Assembly (NCBI GenBank): GCA_965226795.1
Contig: CBDDDZ010000005.1
Coordinates: 736,001-800,000 of the forward strand
Direction of reading: 5' to 3'
DNA length: 64,000 nucleotides
DNA from: Candidatus Latescibacterota bacterium
GTDB lineage: Bacteria; Latescibacterota; UBA2968; GCA-2709665
In this document: positions 8,011 through 19,657 of the stretch, one piece after another
Layout: every line of letters starts with the position of its first letter
Numbering within the stretch: position 1 is the stretch's first letter
Notes under the pieces: model-generated
What the model saw: the letters and a program-made list of their open reading frames with translations, nothing else
Databases searched by the model: none
Told to the model about the DNA's origin: nothing
Translations under genes and position numbers: made by a program

Positions 8011-11000
8011 TCATGTGGTTTTCGCCCCCTGTTCGTCGGAGACGAGTATTCGCATGCCTTTTTCCCGGTAAGCCGCTTTCTCGGCAGGATCGACAGTCCG
8101 CCAGATGAGAAACTGTTTTCGCAGGGTATTCATGAACCCCTGGTTGACCCTTCGCCAGGAGGCGACTTCGCCGGAGCGGCGCCTGAGTGAGAGTGTCAGG
8201 GTGTAGATGTCGAAATTGCCGGTGGGTTCGGCCTCGAAACGAAGCTCCTGGCTCACGCCCAGATCGAATGGCGCCAGCCATAGGGTCGTGTGGATGACGT
8301 ACCCCTTTTTGTCCGCGCTACCCTTTCCGTAAAGATGGGCCCCGTCCGTATAAAAAGCCCCCATGGCTTCGCCACTGTGGGATTGGAAGTAATCGGCGAG
8401 AAAGACGCATAGCCCGAATACCTCATTGCCGCCGACCGTAAATGGGAATTCGAACCGCCAATCGTCGCCTTCCGGCTCTGGAAGTTTCCACCTGCGGGAC
8501 ACGTCCGGTACGGCCATCAGGGAGGCCTGCCGGGCCGGATAGATGGTGGACAGGATGACAACGGCCATTACCAGGACGGACGCGGCCACCGCGGAGCGGG
8601 CGGAGTAGTTTAACGTGACGCCCGAGAGCAGGTCCTGCCAGAGCAGCAGTTTGGCAACGCCCTGGCCCATCAGGTAGCCGCTCACCGTGCCGAGGACGGC
8701 GTAGACGCAAGCTTCGGCAATAAACAGAAAGGCGATATGGACGGGAGCCAGCCCCACCGCGGAATAGACGCCGATTTCCCGAAATCGCTCGTAAACCGAT
8801 CCCATCATGGTATTCAGTACGATGAGTGAGGCAATGAGGATTGGGATGAACAGATTACTCAGCCCCCGTACCGAGGTGTCGCCGAGCGAACTGAAGACGG
8901 AGACCCTGATACGCCCGTCCGCGTCCGGAAGGCCGGCAAACAGGACAACGGAGAGCCTGGACAGCAGTTCTTTGACGTACGCCCCCACGTTTGCGCCGGC
9001 TTCAAAGCGCAGAGCAACCGATTGGAGCGGGCTGCCCACCTGACGCAGGAACTTGTAGGGTACGATCATGATATCGTCCGGGTTGATGTGCTCAAAGGGC
9101 ATGATTTCAACTTCCGGTTGTTCGAGACCCTGTTTTTCTCGCGTTTCCTGGGTGGTCATCTGTTCGATGGCTTCCTCGTCCGTAAGTTTGAAATCCGCGG
9201 GACTGAGCGGTTCTTCGTCCAGGTCCTTCAGCCGATTGAACGCGCCGGCGTCGATCAGGCCGATAACCGGCAGCGATTCGCCGAAAATCCGGACTCGGGT
9301 CGCCTCCGGGCGGCCGGCGTCGACGCCGAGGAGGTCCGCTATCTTTTCGGGCAGGATGCAGGCGGTTTCGCCCGGACGGAACCAGCGCCCGGACTTGAGT
9401 GTGCGATGGACTCCGGTTACGTCCGCCTCCTGGGGCGTCATTCCCAGGACGCCAAGCACGTGCGTCGAGCGGGCTGCGGACTTTACGGGGATGATCTTCT
9501 TCTCCCGCGTGTAGTACCAACTCCGGGGGGCCGCTATGGCGGATTCCCCGAAGTGGGTGACGGCGTAATCGTAGACGACATCTTCCAGCGGGCCCCAGAA
9601 CTTGCTGCGGATGAGTATTCCTGGATACGGACCCTCGGTGTCTTTGGGAATCCGGTGGAATTCGAGAGCCGATTTGATGGACGTGAACGAGAGAACCGTG
9701 AACGTGAGCAGCAGGAGCGTCGTGAACGTAAGCGCCGTGCGCAGTTTACGGCGTTTCATGTTCGCAATGCCGAGTTGGAAAGCGGCCATGGATGCGGAGA
9801 TTCTACCGACGTCGGTTTCGTGCAGCAGCACTTCCGGGACCCGTATCCGGCGCATGGTTTCGTTGAAGCGCTTAAATACCAGGGAGATGACAAACGCGGC
9901 AAGCGCGAGAATGACAAAGGCGAGCAGCACAACCACAGGATTGGAGATCTCGAATGCCGGGTGGACATTCGATAAAAAAAGCCAGATGAGCAAAAAGATA
10001 CCAACGAATCCTGCGATCTGTCTTCGGATATCCACGGCGCTGAAGATGAGGCGTTCGGCGAAAAACGCGCATGGGATGACCAGGGCCATGAAGAAAACGA
10101 TGCCACGCACCACGTCGTTCTGGGTGTCTTTGACGTCCGGGTAGGCACGGGATTCGATGCCCAGCGCCGCGCGGGTGTGTTTCATGAAAACATCCCAGCG
10201 CTTTTCCGACATGGCGTCTTCGGCCATTTCCAGGTGGTGGCCGGCCTGGCTGTGCAGCAGGTTCAGACGCTGGTTTTCAATGGCGTATTTCTGCATTTCC
10301 TGTTTTCGGGCTTCGTTCAGGATCCACATGTCTCTGGCGGCCAGAAATGAGGTGCGCGCAAGGGCGCCGTGGGTGAGGGTGGGGTAGCCCCGGCCGCGGG
10401 CGATTTCCTCGCTCTGTGCGCTTTCGGCATTCAGCAACAGGTAGCGGATGCCTATGTCGCCTGAGCCCGCTGTGATATCGCCGCCGCGCATGGCGACTTT
10501 GACCCTCTCGCCCGGGCGCGTGAACAGGGTGCCGACGGGTTCCGTCGGCCCGAATCCGATGGCATACCCGTATTCCTGCGGCGTGATATTACCGCTTCCG
10601 TAAACGCTGATCTGAGAGAGTTTGGTAAGGTAACGCGGATCGACGGTATCGTAAAAATCCGTGGCGACGCAGGGAAACAGAATGATATTTCGTTTGGAAA
10701 TCCACCAGTTCATATCGAAATCGCCCCGGTAGATACGCGCTTGCTGTCCGAAGTTTGGTGCGTAGGTGATCTCGCCGGTCTCGGGATCCAGAAAGTAGGC
10801 GCTGACGGAAACGCGGCGTTCGGCAACGCCGGGCATGTAGAATTCGCCGTTCTCGTCGGTCAGGTCGTAATAGATGCGCCGAACGCCCTTGACTGATTTG
10901 TCGATACCCATTCGGAGCGCGGCGATGGCGCCCTTCTTGGGGCGGTCGGGTACGATGCTGCGCCTTGGAAAGGTCCGCACGAATCCCTTAAGGCCGCGCA

Positions 11001-12546
11001 TGCGGTCGTCCGGGTTGAGCCGATGGTCAGGGATGAGCGTGGGGTCGTTCAGGGCAATGTCGAGCACGCCGGTAATCAGTCTGATCTGTTTGGCGAGATT
11101 TTCAAAGTTGACCCCTTCGGGCCGGTCCAGCGGCGTATCGAAGCGAAAACGGGCATCGTTCAACGTAACCAGGGACAGCGCGAGCGTGCCTGCTTCGAGA
11201 ACCACTTCGCCATCGGTCTTCAGGTTAACGCCGGGAATATACATGTCCCAGGTCATTCCACCCGTGGGATTGATTCCGTCCATCAGTGCCTGATCGGGGT
11301 CCAGCCCGAACGCAGGTGCGATTGCATGCGAGATGCGGACGAATTTCTTGCCGAACGGTGTGAAGAACCGGTTGTAGTAGAAGTTGCGCGTGCTGTTCCA
11401 GACACCTATCTGGGCCGTCTGGCTCGAGAGGTCCAGTCCGATGAAGAGACGAATGTCGATGGGATCGGTCATCAGGGCCGCGAAATGCCTTTCTTTTCTG
11501 GCGTGGCGGCCCAGGAAATCGCAGATGCCGCGAAAGCCCAGGTGGTGAGCCGAGGTGGCCAGAAAGAGTAGCGTGCGCGCGGTGGGATATCGCTGGAAGT
11601 AATTGACCAGTTCAAGCAGTGCGACGGCGCCGCTGGCCATCTCGGCGCCGGGGGCCAGGGCGGGAACCACGGACATGGCGTCGTAGTACGCGTTGATCAC
11701 GACGATCTGGTCCCTGAGGCCCGGATCCGTGCCAGGCAGAAAGCCCAGAATATTGTGGGCGGTGTGTTTTTCCCACTCCATTCTCGCCTTCAGTTCAATT
11801 TCGAGTTCGCCGTGCAGGGCAAGCAGACGTTTGAGCGCCCGGCCGGACTGTCTGTCGATCCAGAATCGTTCCACGCTGTTAGGAACCTGCAGGAATTTCT
11901 GTTCGGCTTCGGTATAAAACGTGGAATCCGGTTCGATGAAAATAACCTGTTCCGCCCCCAGCGTGGCCGCGTTCAGCCAGTGGTTCCGTGTGTTGAATTC
12001 CATCAGGACGGCCGCGCCCTCGAGCGTGTGTCCGTTGAAGTCGGAAAATTCACCATTTGCCCCGTAGATCAGGCGAGTGCGAACCCCTTCACGCGGCAGT
12101 GTGGAGGTCTTGACCAGGTTCGGCCAGACGGCGTGGATGGGATACGAAGTGCCGTCGCGCACGAGGGTCAGGCTGCCGCCCTTGTCGATAGGTGCGGTCA
12201 CGTCGAATGGCTCGGAACGTACGTCCTTAAGGCCGGCGCGTTCGAAACTTCGCCGGATGTAATCGGCGGCAACTGCATGGCCGGTATATCCGGGAACGCG
12301 CGATCCGTGACCCGTAAAGCGGGCCATGTGGGCGCGTACGCCGTCAGACGAGACGGTATCCAGGACGCGGACCGATGTCTTTCCCGCTCCCGGGACGGGC
12401 CTGGGCGGCGAGGGTCGGGGTGCCTTCAGACCCAGTATGGCGGCAAGGTAGGGGTTGACGCGTTCCGGGCCCACAGCCATGCAGAAGAAAGCAGTAGCGG
12501 TGAGCAGGAGCGTAAGCACGAGTCCGATGCGTCGGCGGCTATTCAT
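8011..12546 (-). CDS. M28-peptidase-like/PA domain fused to an FtsX/MacB-like ABC permease (ORF extends to 12615)
   Basis: N-terminal TM, SRVPGYTG, NILGFLPG, INAYYD (M28 fold); RRKLRTALT and ERFREIGVYSAVG...FIAEA (FtsX). Confidence 0.8.
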   Translation of the reverse strand: MNSRRRIGLVLTLLLTATAFFCMAVGPERVNPYLAAILGLKAPRPSPPRPVPGAGKTSVRVLDTVSSDGVRAHMARFTGHGSRVPGYTGHAVAADYIRRSFERAGLKDVRSEPFDVTAPIDKGGSLTLVRDGTSYPIHAVWPNLVKTSTLPREGVRTRLIYGANGEFSDFNGHTLEGAAVLMEFNTRNHWLNAATLGAEQVIFIEPDSTFYTEAEQKFLQVPNSVERFWIDRQSGRALKRLLALHGELEIELKARMEWEKHTAHNILGFLPGTDPGLRDQIVVINAYYDAMSVVPALAPGAEMASGAVALLELVNYFQRYPTARTLLFLATSAHHLGFRGICDFLGRHARKERHFAALMTDPIDIRLFIGLDLSSQTAQIGVWNSTRNFYYNRFFTPFGKKFVRISHAIAPAFGLDPDQALMDGINPTGGMTWDMYIPGVNLKTDGEVVLEAGTLALSLVTLNDARFRFDTPLDRPEGVNFENLAKQIRLITGVLDIALNDPTLIPDHRLNPDDRMRGLKGFVRTFPRRSIVPDRPKKGAIAALRMGIDKSVKGVRRIYYDLTDENGEFYMPGVAERRVSVSAYFLDPETGEITYAPNFGQQARIYRGDFDMNWWISKRNIILFPCVATDFYDTVDPRYLTKLSQISVYGSGNITPQEYGYAIGFGPTEPVGTLFTRPGERVKVAMRGGDITAGSGDIGIRYLLLNAESAQSEEIARGRGYPTLTHGALARTSFLAARDMWILNEARKQEMQKYAIENQRLNLLHSQAGHHLEMAEDAMSEKRWDVFMKHTRAALGIESRAYPDVKDTQNDVVRGIVFFMALVIPCAFFAERLIFSAVDIRRQIAGFVGIFLLIWLFLSNVHPAFEISNPVVVLLAFVILALAAFVISLVFKRFNETMRRIRVPEVLLHETDVGRISASMAAFQLGIANMKRRKLRTALTFTTLLLLTFTVLSFTSIKSALEFHRIPKDTEGPYPGILIRSKFWGPLEDVVYDYAVTHFGESAIAAPRSWYYTREKKIIPVKSAARSTHVLGVLGMTPQEADVTGVHRTLKSGRWFRPGETACILPEKIADLLGVDAGRPEATRVRIFGESLPVIGLIDAGAFNRLKDLDEEPLSPADFKLTDEEAIEQMTTQETREKQGLEQPEVEIMPFEHINPDDIMIVPYKFLRQVGSPLQSVALRFEAGANVGAYVKELLSRLSVVLFAGLPDADGRIRVSVFSSLGDTSVRGLSNLFIPILIASLIVLNTMMGSVYERFREIGVYSAVGLAPVHIAFLFIAEACVYAVLGTVSGYLMGQGVAKLLLWQDLLSGVTLNYSARSAVAASVLVMAVVILSTIYPARQASLMAVPDVSRRWKLPEPEGDDWRFEFPFTVGGNEVFGLCVFLADYFQSHSGEAMGAFYTDGAHLYGKGSADKKGYVIHTTLWLAPFDLGVSQELRFEAEPTGNFDIYTLTLSLRRRSGEVASWRRVNQGFMNTLRKQFLIWRTVDPAEKAAYREKGMRILVSDEQGAKTT

Positions 12547-12651
12547 AAGGATTGCAGGTCGGGGTTCTGTTGAACGCCCGTCGATTGAAGGTGGTGGTTT
12601 TTCGTTCCATGCCACGGCCCGGACGCGGGAGAAAGCTCCTGCTGCTGCCGA

Positions 12652-14658
12652 TCAGAACCGATGAACGCTGTGGCCGCGTTCAGGGAACCAGAGGACGTCG
12701 ATGAAGGCGGAGAGTGCAACCCCCAGTATATAACCGACGAGCAGGCCGATGAAAAGCGGGCGGGATTTTCTGTATACGGAGGGTCCGCCCATCTTCAGCA
12801 TCACCAGTTTGACAAGCCAGGCGAGGAGTACGGTCAAGCTGGTTCGCCGCGCGAGGTACGAACCGGAGATGGCCATTCCCACCGGATGCAACGGCCACCA
12901 GACGAATCGATGCCGCAGGTAAATAAGCAGGAGCGTGACCAGGCCGCCCAGGCCGAAAAACACGACATGGTCGGGGTGTTCACGGTAAACCGGCGGTTCC
13001 GGTTTCTTAGTGAGGAAATTCTTGACGGAAGTCGCGGTACCTTCGAAATGTTTGGGTCCGGCACGCACGATTTCCCACGAGTTGAAGTTGTACGCGCCGT
13101 CGCGGTATCCCAGATGGATCGTGAGCAGCACGCTGGCGACGTAACTGAACATAAAGGCCAGTCCGACGGCAAGCATGAGGTTTCGGCGGTTGCCCCGGAC
13201 GCCCTCCGCCACGCGCCCGGCGTGTGCGAGGGCGGGCAGGAAGAGCCCTTTGAAGTGGGAGGTAATCCTCGATGCGAACCGAAGCGCTACCCGCGTCTTT
13301 TCGTTGACTGCCGATCCGGCAAGGAAGGGCGCCACCAGGCCCCAGGGGCCAGCTGGTACGTTGGTGTACGGCATGCCGGTTTCGGCGAGAATCTTAGCCA
13401 TGCCGACGTAGGTGAAGATCACTGCCGGAAGGAGCAGGGCGGCCAGGAGCGGATCAAATCCGATGCGCACAAGCCAGAGCCACATATACGCGAGGCCCCC
13501 GACCAGGCCGATCAGAGCCATCCGGCAGGAGAGCGGTTCGTCCCGGTCGTCCAGGGGTACGTCATTGCGCCATGCTTTGCGAACCACGTCCCTTATATGG
13601 CGTCGGGCAACCCAGAAAACCGAGGCGGCCAGCATGACAAATGCGCCTTTTGTTTGCCAATAGTAAACGCCCCGGTAATAGTAGGGCGATATGGCCGTAA
13701 GCCCCCGGCGATGCAGCCAGCCGCCTTCGAAGATAAACAGCAGGTCGAAGAACCAGATGCTGAATAGAACGTCCAGGCTGGCGAAATAGGAGAAAAAGAT
13801 GGTGAAGAGACCGAGGAAACCATAGGCAGGCGGATGCTGCCGGTCGATCCAGTACCACCTGCCGCGATAGACCGGAAACTGCGGAAAGCCGGGAAGAAAG
13901 TAGTTGATGCAGTTCCAGGCGATCATCCCGAAGGCCAGTCCGAAACCGATCCAGAACAGATAATTTTTCGTGAAATCCGGCAGGGCGGACCTGCCGCTGC
14001 CGGGTTCTTCCGCCATGTGAATCAGGGGCGCCATGGCCGGAAACGCCAGTCGTTCGTTCTGCACCCATTGTTTGCGAAAAACCACGGCGATACAGGCCAG
14101 AACCACAAATGCCGCCACGATGAACGTGGTCCACCAGAGCAGCGGCAGCAGCCAGGCATCCCAGGGGATCTGCGCACCCTTTGGGACACCCTCGAAAAAC
14201 CAGGTGACCGCATTGTTTTCGTCTGAGGGTATAAGCCACGGATTGATATACGGATGCAGGTAGGTATTCCATTCGTTGACTTCGGTAGCGAAATAGTATG
14301 GGGTCGCCATGTAACCGAGCAGATAGCCGCTGAGACCGAAGCCGGGTATGGCGGCTCCCACAACGCCCATCGCCAGAATGGTGTGCCATTCCGCCGGTGA
14401 GAGCTTCCATCGGGAAAAACGTGCGATCGCCGCGCCGATGACGATCATCAACGTAAACACGATGAGCATGGCCATCGGGACATGGCTGTAGGTCATTAAC
14501 GAGCCATGCACGACGTACCGGACGTGGATCGCCAGGACGTCCAGTCCGACGACCAGGACCAGGCCCGAAACGACGGATCGGACCGTGACGCCGTTGGCAG
14601 TTTTGGCGCAGTTTGCGTCCGTTTCAATGGGTTCGGCTGTTCGTTCGAGGCTGGGCAT
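12652..14658 (-). CDS. DUF6785/DUF6784-like polytopic membrane protein
   Basis: RKQWVQNERLAFP, WWPLHPVG and RPLFIGLLVG motifs; many TM helices. Confidence 0.75.
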   Translation of the reverse strand: MPSLERTAEPIETDANCAKTANGVTVRSVVSGLVLVVGLDVLAIHVRYVVHGSLMTYSHVPMAMLIVFTLMIVIGAAIARFSRWKLSPAEWHTILAMGVVGAAIPGFGLSGYLLGYMATPYYFATEVNEWNTYLHPYINPWLIPSDENNAVTWFFEGVPKGAQIPWDAWLLPLLWWTTFIVAAFVVLACIAVVFRKQWVQNERLAFPAMAPLIHMAEEPGSGRSALPDFTKNYLFWIGFGLAFGMIAWNCINYFLPGFPQFPVYRGRWYWIDRQHPPAYGFLGLFTIFFSYFASLDVLFSIWFFDLLFIFEGGWLHRRGLTAISPYYYRGVYYWQTKGAFVMLAASVFWVARRHIRDVVRKAWRNDVPLDDRDEPLSCRMALIGLVGGLAYMWLWLVRIGFDPLLAALLLPAVIFTYVGMAKILAETGMPYTNVPAGPWGLVAPFLAGSAVNEKTRVALRFASRITSHFKGLFLPALAHAGRVAEGVRGNRRNLMLAVGLAFMFSYVASVLLTIHLGYRDGAYNFNSWEIVRAGPKHFEGTATSVKNFLTKKPEPPVYREHPDHVVFFGLGGLVTLLLIYLRHRFVWWPLHPVGMAISGSYLARRTSLTVLLAWLVKLVMLKMGGPSVYRKSRPLFIGLLVGYILGVALSAFIDVLWFPERGHSVHRF

Positions 14659-14743
14659 CGTTCGGAGTTCGGAATCAGAGATTGGGCAGTTTTTTCCGGG
14701 GGTTGTCAGGCCGGCCGCCACGTCGAAAGCGGATGCAAGAGTC

Positions 14744-14772
14744 TTGACATCCGCGGGAGGTTTTGTTAGATT
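14744..14772 (+). promoter_or_regulatory. Sigma-70 promoter for tRNA-Phe
   Basis: TTGACA-N17-TAGATT upstream of the tRNA. Confidence 0.6.
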
Positions 14773-14820
14773 TGCGCGCTTGTCACATAACGGGAACGTT
14801 GCGTTCTCCCGCGGAATGGA

Positions 14821-14896
<76 letters not shown>

Positions 14897-15028
14897 CTTT
14901 TTTCCGTGCAAGAATATCCGGCCGACCTTCTATCTTCCCGGGCAACCAGATCCCTGGAAGGCTTCGATGATGCTGGGGGTCGCCAGTTTTATCCGACGGA
15001 CAAGACAGTTTTCCGGGCCCGGAGGGCA

Positions 15029-15211
15029 ATGATGGCTGTTCCCGAATACATCGTGAGTCGCGATCGCCTGATTGAACTGGTTCAAGAGGGCCGGACGCCC
15101 GCTCAGATCGCAGAGATGTTTCGCGTGGACCCCGCAATCATTCGGGATATGATCCGTCGACTGGAGCAAAACGGATATTACGACTTGCTTTATAGAAATG
15201 CAAAGCGTTAG
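15029..15211 (+). CDS. Small helix-turn-helix protein (60 aa)
   Basis: GGAGG RBS; GRTPAQIAEMFRVDPAIIRDMIRRL HTH pattern. Confidence 0.65.
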   Translation: MMAVPEYIVSRDRLIELVQEGRTPAQIAEMFRVDPAIIRDMIRRLEQNGYYDLLYRNAKR

Positions 15212-15286
15212 CGACCGGGCGTCATTGTGGCAGCCGGATGACTCCCGAACCCGCGGCGGGAGCGCATCCGGAGCACCGGGTACAGG

Positions 15287-15324
15287 AAAAGGCGTTCGTC
15301 GTTCTGACGGACGCCTTTTTTTTT
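15287..15324. terminator. Bidirectional rho-independent terminator
   Basis: AAAAGGCGTTCGTC-GTTCT-GACGGACGCCTTTTTTTTT between convergent genes. Confidence 0.8.
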
Positions 15325-15342
15325 GGTGCGCGCTGTCGGGTA

Positions 15343-16131
<789 letters not shown>

Positions 16132-16245
16132 GACGACTTCTCCTGAACGTTTTTCTTGGATTTTGAAAATAGCCCGCTTATGTTAGAGAAAACAGGGACT
16201 CCTGTCAAGCATTTTGTCAGACCCGAGCTTAACCTGAATAATTCA

Positions 16246-18098
16246 GTGCGCCGTGAAAAGGCGCGGAACTCCAGTGGGTGAAAGTCCCACCCGACAAATG
16301 TTGCTGCAGTCGGTAGCAATCGGAGCGGGGACGTAGGTAACGACATCTCCGAAGCCTCCGGTGTAGAGGGTCGCAAGGCGACTCGGCGAGTATGCAGGCC
16401 GTAACGTGAGTGAACGCTGAGCAGGCCTCGAAAACGGTAATGCGGGAGCCGACCCGCCTGAATTACGGGGAAGGCCGCCGTCGTTGGGTAAGAAAGCAAC
16501 GGGTGCACCCAACGGTTAATGGCGACGGCATGTATACAAGGAGATCCGACGCAACACGGGAAGCCCCAACGGTGGTGGAGGGACACCAACCGGCAGCCCG
16601 CGAGGGACAGGCCGGGCGGTTTGGGGTGGCGGAGAGGCCCGTAGTACCTGCGATGCCGGGTAACGCCGGCGGAGGGAAGGGGCCTTGGTTCAAGGGCAAC
16701 GTCAAAGGAGCGAGAGCCGGGAGAGTGGCATGGGCCTAAGACCTCCGGAAAAGGTTTGGAAGCTGCAGAGGACGTTGCATGCCAAAGCGAAGGAATCGCC
16801 CGATTACCGATTCTATGCGCTGTATGACAAGGTGTATCGCGAGGACATCCTGCTTTATGCCTACCGCAGCTGCAAGGCCAACGGCGGTGCGGCGGTGGAC
16901 GGACAGACCTTTGAGGATATCGAGTCATACGGACGGGACCAGTGGTTAGGCGAACTGGCGGAAGCCGTGAGGAGCAAATCGTATCGAGCGGATCCGATTC
17001 GTCGGGTCTACATCCCCAAGGGTGACGGCAAGCAAAGACCGCTGGGGATACCGACGGTGAAGGACCGGGTGGTGCAAAGGGCAGCGATGTTGGCAATGGA
17101 GCCAATCTTTGAAGCGGACCTGCCAGCACAGCAGTATGCCTACCGCCCGAATCACGACGCCACCAGGGCGGTCCACGCCCTGGTTACGCAGGTCATCGAC
17201 GCCGACTTGAGCGGCTACTTCGACACGATTCACGCCGAGCCGGTGGCGCGGCGCATCTCAGACGGGAAGATGCTGAGTCTGATCAAGATGTGGCTGACCG
17301 CCCCGGTTGAAGAGACCGACGCGCGGGGACGGAAACGGCGAACAACGCCGAACAAGGATCAGGGAAGGGGGATACCACAAGGCGCCCCCCTCTCCCCGTT
17401 GCTGGCGAACCTGTATATGCGGCGGTTCATCCTGGGATGGCAGCTTCTGGGACATCAGCAGCGCCTGAACGCTCATATTGTCAACTACGCGGACGATTTT
17501 GTGATTTGCTGTCGCGGCACCGCACAAGAAGATGGCGTGATGCGATCCATCATGAAAGCGCTTAAGTTGACCGTCAATGAGCAGAAGACGACGCACGCTT
17601 CCAGAAGGACGATTTGACTTTCTGGGCTACACCATCGGTCGCTGTTACTCGCCAAAGACGGGCAAGGCCTATATCGGACGCGCCCGTTTGTCGGGCCATC
17701 AGCGAGGCCACAGCGCGACGGTGGTTGCTTCAAGAACGGATTGCTGAACCGAAAGCTGGTAGGCTGGGGCAACTATTTCCGTCTTGGACCGGTAAGCAAA
17801 GCCTACCGGAGTGTGGATGCCCACACCCGGCATCGGCTCCGCTGGTGGTTGTGTAACAAGCACAAGATACCGGGAAAGGGAACATCACGCTTCCCTGACG
17901 AGGTCCTCTACGATACCCTGGGCCTGACCCGGCTGGAAGTGCAGACACGCAACTTTGTCAAGAATCCTTGTCCGAGAGCCAGATCCGCAAGTCCGGTTCG
18001 ATGAGCTGGAAACAGAGCACCTATTGAGGCACCGCCAGACGAAAGGGGCGGAAACAGATAGGCCCCTCCTAAACCACCGCGCCACATCTCGACTCTAC
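16246..18098 (+). mobile_element. Group II intron (degenerate)
   Basis: 5' GTGCG, 3' CTCGACTCTAC, eroded domain V (GAGAGCC...GTCCGGTTCG, ~17974-18005), RT ORF inside. Confidence 0.9.
16730..17960 (+). pseudogene. ltrA: Group II intron reverse transcriptase/maturase, frameshifted with microdeletions
   Basis: RPLGIPTVKDR, DADLSGYFD, PQGAPLSPLLAN and YADDF motifs; FDFLGY and GWGNYF lie in other frames; 3' end approximate. Confidence 0.88.
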
Positions 18099-18452
18099 TG
18101 AATTGTCACGGATTGCAGTTTCAGGAAGCAGAAACAGGTTCCGAGTGAATCGTGAAACGGAAGGAAAACCTGTCTGTGACGGATTTGGAGTTTTCAAGCC
18201 GCTTCAGTGGCACGTGCTGGTAACACGGTAGGGCGGGGGCGTCAGGTTGACCTTTATGCCCGTGTCAAGAGCACAGACATCTGTCTGGCCTTTGGTGGTG
18301 TCGATCAAGACGTGAAGGCGGATTCAACCGGACGATGCGTTATGGAACGGACGATGCCAGATTGTAGAGGATCTTGGCATAGAGGTGTTTGAGTGGAAAC
18401 GCGGTTGGCAGATGGAACGTGATTTTGGTTTTCATCTCACAGACGCGTCCGG

Positions 18453-18482
18453 CCTGCCTGCCGAGCATCCGGCGCAGGCAGG
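18453..18482. repeat. Hairpin insertion 1 (30 nt) CCTGCCTGC-N12-GCAGGCAGG
   Basis: Exact removal restores KVAGRV in the transposase. Confidence 0.85.
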
Positions 18483-18680
18483 CGACCTTCAAGAGGCGAT
18501 TTTGCAGCGTATTATACTGGGCGTTCGTCCACTTGGTGCCGCGCAATCCCATTTCAGCCAAGGTCTGCAACAGGACATAGGCGGCGCTGTGGAGAAAGAG
18601 CCGGAAGTGATTGGCCTCGAAGGTGTGACAAGAGGTGCGATCGGAATGGAGAAAGGTCTTGTGATTCTTGATAAAGCCTT

Positions 18681-18705
18681 CCTGCCTGCCTGGCCGGCAG
18701 ACAGG
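18681..18705. repeat. Hairpin insertion 2 (25 nt) CCTGCCTGC-N7-GCAGACAGG
   Basis: Sits at the frameshift between YCGRG and EGFIKNHK; apparently accompanied by loss of a few host bases. Confidence 0.8.
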
Positions 18706-19121
18706 CCGCGTCCACAATAGACGGTTTTGTAGATGAATGAAGGGTTGGCGCGTTGCAGGTTGGTGGCCACGAAACGGATATTGTCTCCTTGCGGTGTCAC
18801 TTCCGCCTTGCAGATGATGCGGCGTGGCGAAGCCCAGGTGCTGGCCTGATAGTCCCACGCGTTATATAGGCGCACGGTTTTGCCGGAAACGGCATACAGC
18901 GCTTTGGCCTGGTCCATCAAGGGCTGTGCCCTGGGCAGCAACTTGGCATTGCCGCTTTGTCCAAGGGCAAAATACACATTCTGTGTGTCACACAACGCGT
19001 GTACTTCCGGACACGAAAAATGTGAATCGCCACGCAACAGGATCGCCACGTCGGGCCAGGCTCGACGCAGGTAGGCGATCACCCGTTTGAGAATCGAAAC
19101 GATCTCTTTGCCCGAAGGCCG

Positions 19122-19140
19122 CCTGCCTGCAGCAGGCAGG
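19122..19140. repeat. Hairpin insertion 3 (19 nt) CCTGCCTGC-A-GCAGGCAGG
   Basis: Exact removal restores the frame: LRPGVRPSGKEIVSILKRVIAYL. Confidence 0.88.
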
Positions 19141-19657
19141 CACGCCAGGACGCAAAACCGTCGTGATCAACTTGCCGGTTTGCCCTTCATAGATATGCAA
19201 CGGCTGGTAGCAATGACTCTTAAAATACGCATTGAATAACGACAACTGCCCAGAACCATACACCTTATCTTCCGTATCGTCGATATCCAGCAGGATGGCT
19301 TTGGGCGGTTTCTTATACGAGGCGATAAACCCATCGGCAAAGGCCTTCGCGATCCGATATAAGTCGCCTCTGGTGATCCGGTTCTCGAACCGACTCATCG
19401 TGGGTTGACTGGCCAGATCCGCACCGGTCAGCGGCAACCGATCACAGGCCGCCTTGAAGCCGGGGTCCCCGCGTAACGCATTGCAGTCGTTCGCATCCTC
19501 ATACCCACACGCCATCTGAAAAACACGCTGTATGACCAGGTCCGCCAATGAGTGATCCACATAACTGGGATTCCAACTATCGGTTAAGGCCTCAATGATC
19601 CGACGCAAAATGCCGTTCTTGGCCTCCACCTCACGTATCAGCATTACTCCGCTGTCG

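Noticed and set aside
16730..17960. RT as part of a retron, DGR or CRISPR-RT system
   Set aside because: It has group II intron boundaries, a domain V remnant and maturase motifs; no template repeat, array or cas genes seen
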